Shown here piece by piece: positions 60,596-64,000 of a stretch of 64,000 nucleotides of DNA. Origin of the DNA: Rubripirellula sp. Its GTDB lineage: Bacteria; Planctomycetota; Planctomycetia; Pirellulales; Pirellulaceae. The DNA lies in assembly GCA_965216875.1 (NCBI GenBank), contig OZ244207.1, positions 6,016,001-6,080,000 on the forward strand. Direction: 5' to 3'. A program made the translations under genes and the position numbers. The notes below the pieces were generated by a model. It was not told where the DNA came from and did not search any database. It saw only the letters and a list, made by a program, of their open reading frames with translations. The stretch's first letter is position 1. The number at the start of each line of letters is the position of its first letter.

Positions 60596-63500
60596 ATGAG
60601 GGATCTACAGCGCGAGACAGTAAGCGAAGAAGAATGCCAAAGCGTTCTTCGTGACCAGCTTGATCAAATCCACCGCCAGACGGACCGCACATTTGCTTTC
60701 CTTTTGATGGCCCAATGGGCGTTCTGTATCGTTTGCGCGATCATGGTCGCGCCAAACGGCCACACTGCCACGGTGATCCCTCCGAAGGTCGCACTTGCCG
60801 CTGCGATGGGAATCGGTGGTCTGCTCACGGTGATTCCCTGTGCGATTGTGTTCCTTGCTCCCGGGCGAATGTTCACCCGTATGATCCTTGCGGTCGCGCA
60901 GGTGATGTTCTCGTCGCTGATCATTTACTTGACCGGCGGGCGCATCGAATCGCACTTTCACATTTTCGGTTCGCTTGCCTTCCTGGCGTTCTACCGTGAC
61001 CGTTGGGTTTTCCTGCCGCCGGTTCTGTTGGTCGCGCTCGACCACTTGGTTCGCGGACAACTCCTTTCCGGATCGCTGCTTGGAGCGAACTACACTGCGC
61101 CCTGGCAAGCACTGGAACTTGCTGGCTGGGTCATGTTCGAAGTGGCGTTCTTGTTGGTTGGTGTCGCGCAAAGCCGCAAACAACTCGCGGAAACCTCACG
61201 ACTACAATGCTCGCTCACGATGGAACGCGACCTTTTGGAACGCCGTGTTCTCGAACGGACGTGCGAAATCGAATCGTCACGGGACTTTTACCGAGCGATC
61301 AACGACTCACTGAACACTCACATCTGCATCCTGGATGTCGATGGCAAAATCATCGACACCAACGCATCGTGGAAAGAGTACGCCTACGAATGCGGAGCCG
61401 ATCTGGCCACCGCCGGAATCGGGGCAAGCTACCATGCGATGTGCCGAGACACCGCCGGAATCTTGGGCGACCAAGCGGAACCGCTTTCAGGAATCTTGCG
61501 GGACATCATTGCCGGCAAACGGAAGAGCTTTGTTGGTGAGTTCCCCTGTCATGGTAGCGATGAACCGCGCTGGTTCCTGATCCGTGCCTGCAGCATTCCG
61601 CGAGATCGAAACGGTGGTGCGGTTGTCGTGGCACACGTCGACGTGACTTCGCGTGTGCGAGCACTTGAAGAAGTGCAAAAACAGAAAAAGCAGGCCGACG
61701 TCTTAGCCTTGGTTGCTCAAAACACCGACGACTCGGTCGTCGTGACCGACGAAAACGCCTGCGTCGAATGGATCAATGCCGGCTTTACCCAACAAACCGG
61801 TCGAGGGCTCGACGAGGTCAAAGGCACCAAACTGACCGAACTCGGACGCGGGCCATTGACCGACCTGATGACGGTCCGCGAAATCCAACGCGCCATCGAC
61901 CACGAACATGGCTACGACGCCGAAATCGTCAACTACACCAAATCGGGTGAACGCTATTGGGCCAGCATCGAACTGCGGCCCATTCGAAACGCCGAAGGCA
62001 GGCTAACCCGTTTCATCTGTATCGAACGCGACATCACCGAGACCAAGAAGGCATCCAAGTCGCTACGACAAGCAAAGCTACAAGCCGAAGTCGTCGCCGA
62101 AGAACGCGACCGTCAACGATTGTTGCTCGAGAGCATTCTGTTGCAGATTCCGACCGCCGTGTATTGGAAGGACCGCCACGGACTCTACCTCGGTTGCAAC
62201 CAAGCGTTTGCGAGCTACGCAGGGCTCACATGCACTTCCGAAATCGTGGGTCTTTCCGATCAACAACTCCCCTGGACTCCCGATCAAGCGGAAGCACTTA
62301 GCACCGGCGATGCCGGAATCTTCCGCACCGGCCAAGGCCAAAGCAACGTCGAACGAGACATCACCGATGCTGCCGGCGTGACACACACCGTGCTGACGAG
62401 CAAGACGGCATTGATCAATGAAAACAACACGGTGATCGGACTGCTTGGAAGTTTCCATGACATTTCGGAGTTGAAGGCTGCTGAATCGTCAGCCGTGTCG
62501 TTGGGACATGCAATCCGCAAGTCACCCAACGAAGTCTTCATTGCAGATGCCAAGACCTTCGAATTCGTCGAAGTCAATCAAGCGGCTTGTGACGACCTTG
62601 GCTACACCCGTGAAGAGCTGTTCAAGATGTCGCCACTGGACATCATCACCGCATTCACACCGGAAGAATTCCAATCCAAAGTGGGACCGATCGCCGAAGG
62701 CGAGACCGATCGCATGTCCTTTGAAACGATCCATCGCCGCAAAGACGGAACGATCTATCCGGTCCACGCCAATCTCAATCGCGCTGTCTACATGGATCGC
62801 GATGTCGTGGTCGCCTTCGTGACGGACCTGACCGAACAGAAACAGCTCGAAGCGCAACTGGCCCAGGCACAAAAACTCGAATCCATCGGACAACTGGCCG
62901 CCGGAATCGCTCACGAAATCAACACGCCGATGCAGTGTGTCAGTGGCAATGTTGAGTTTCTGATGGAGTGCTACGGGCGTCTCTTTACGGTCGTCGACGC
63001 ACTTTGCGGGCAACTCTTTGGTCCAGACAAAGAGGACTGGAACTCGCGTCGCGAAGAGTTGATTCAGATCACCAAAGACAACCGCTACGAACACATCCGG
63101 CGTCAGGCACCGATCGCGATTGAAGAGGCAGCCCAAGCGACACGCCGCATTACAAGCATCGTTCGTGCGATGAAGACCATGTCGCATCCAGGATCGATGG
63201 ACAAAACCGACACAGACATCAACGAACTGGTGCAGAGTGTCGTGACGATCTCACGAGCCCGATGGAAGTACACCGCCGATCTCGAACTCGACTTGGGGGA
63301 GAACATTCCTATGTTGCCGCTGCTCGCCACCAGCGTCAGCCAGGTGTTCATCAACATGATCGTCAATGCTGCCGATGCGATCGCCGAGAAGCTTGGCGAG
63401 AAACCAAAAGAGCTGGGGCACATTTGCATCAAGACCGAGCATGTCGACAACGGCGTGAACTTCATCATCCACGACGACGGTATCGGAATGGATGAAGAGA

Positions 63501-63796
63501 CGCAGCGACGCATCTTCGACCCGTTCTTCACGACCAAAGAAGTTGGCAAAGGAACGGGACAAGGCATGTCGATTAGTTACGACGCCATCGTGATGAAACA
63601 CGGCGGTCAAATTGATGTGCAATCAACGCCCGGACAAGGCACACGTATGACCGTGTTCCTGCCATCGGAACCAACCACTGGCTACCTCGATTCAAACACT
63701 CACCACGCTTCCAAGTCGGAAGCCAACCACGATCAAGCTGCCATGCCGCTGATCGAACTGGATGCCCCTACAACACAGGCTCCAGCAAGCAACTAA
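60596..63796 (+). CDS. Membrane multi-PAS sensor histidine kinase
   Basis: TM domain with HFH, four PAS-like segments, H box AHEINTP, N/G1/F/G2 boxes; GGAGG RBS before ATG 60596. Confidence 0.93.
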   Translation: MRDLQRETVSEEECQSVLRDQLDQIHRQTDRTFAFLLMAQWAFCIVCAIMVAPNGHTATVIPPKVALAAAMGIGGLLTVIPCAIVFLAPGRMFTRMILAVAQVMFSSLIIYLTGGRIESHFHIFGSLAFLAFYRDRWVFLPPVLLVALDHLVRGQLLSGSLLGANYTAPWQALELAGWVMFEVAFLLVGVAQSRKQLAETSRLQCSLTMERDLLERRVLERTCEIESSRDFYRAINDSLNTHICILDVDGKIIDTNASWKEYAYECGADLATAGIGASYHAMCRDTAGILGDQAEPLSGILRDIIAGKRKSFVGEFPCHGSDEPRWFLIRACSIPRDRNGGAVVVAHVDVTSRVRALEEVQKQKKQADVLALVAQNTDDSVVVTDENACVEWINAGFTQQTGRGLDEVKGTKLTELGRGPLTDLMTVREIQRAIDHEHGYDAEIVNYTKSGERYWASIELRPIRNAEGRLTRFICIERDITETKKASKSLRQAKLQAEVVAEERDRQRLLLESILLQIPTAVYWKDRHGLYLGCNQAFASYAGLTCTSEIVGLSDQQLPWTPDQAEALSTGDAGIFRTGQGQSNVERDITDAAGVTHTVLTSKTALINENNTVIGLLGSFHDISELKAAESSAVSLGHAIRKSPNEVFIADAKTFEFVEVNQAACDDLGYTREELFKMSPLDIITAFTPEEFQSKVGPIAEGETDRMSFETIHRRKDGTIYPVHANLNRAVYMDRDVVVAFVTDLTEQKQLEAQLAQAQKLESIGQLAAGIAHEINTPMQCVSGNVEFLMECYGRLFTVVDALCGQLFGPDKEDWNSRREELIQITKDNRYEHIRRQAPIAIEEAAQATRRITSIVRAMKTMSHPGSMDKTDTDINELVQSVVTISRARWKYTADLELDLGENIPMLPLLATSVSQVFINMIVNAADAIAEKLGEKPKELGHICIKTEHVDNGVNFIIHDDGIGMDEETQRRIFDPFFTTKEVGKGTGQGMSISYDAIVMKHGGQIDVQSTPGQGTRMTVFLPSEPTTGYLDSNTHHASKSEANHDQAAMPLIELDAPTTQAPASN

Positions 63797-63812
63797 ACGG
63801 GGACCCGACACG

Positions 63813-64000
63813 ATGACCGATCGCATTCTTTTCGTCGACGACGATCGAGCGCTACTCAATACGCTTGAACGCAACTTGGGATTCAGCTTCCCGATCACCA
63901 TCGCCGAATCGGGCCCCGAAGCGCTCGAGAAGATTCGAGACGGCGAGGGATTCGCCGTGGTCATGGTCGACATGCGAATGCCAGGCATGGACGGCATCGA
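63813..64000 (+). CDS. Response regulator receiver domain (truncated by window edge)
   Basis: MTDRILFVDDD...VVMVDMRMPGMDGI. Confidence 0.9.
   Translation, partial: MTDRILFVDDDRALLNTLERNLGFSFPITIAESGPEALEKIRDGEGFAVVMVDMRMPGMDGI

Overview
Planctomycete chromosomal window, most likely Pirellulaceae. The assignment is inferred from the ECF sigma factor with a large C-terminal extension, the BBP7-type barrel, the PQQ-propeller and the Tat Gfo/Idh/MocA protein. It is mostly housekeeping DNA (metG, smpB, lipA, an RpoD-type sigma factor, argH, and the run aroF-tpiA-secG-yicC-gmk-rpoZ-coaC-ppaC) mixed with lineage-typical hypothetical proteins. I saw no rRNA, tRNA, CRISPR array, transposase or prophage gene. 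Five things stand out. (1) A four-gene envelope system (GAF-GAF-HlyD, secreted HlyD, RRE/PqqD-M50 peptidase-HlyD fusion, DUF3467-like) has three membrane-fusion modules but no ABC or RND motor and no TolC. A perfect AT-rich palindrome and a divergent small Cys/His protein lie upstream. (2) A metal-handling cluster (exported HMA protein, chelatase, Cys-rich leader-like ORF) ends in an exported metallothionein-like protein with 27 Cys in two repeats. (3) An ECF sigma factor and a stand-alone exported protein share secretin-N/STN-like modules. (4) An active S1C protease is paired with a probable pseudo-protease. (5) Several families of REP-like palindromes form mosaics, one of which starts exactly at TGA stop codons. 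All domain calls come from reading motifs by eye; no database search was run.
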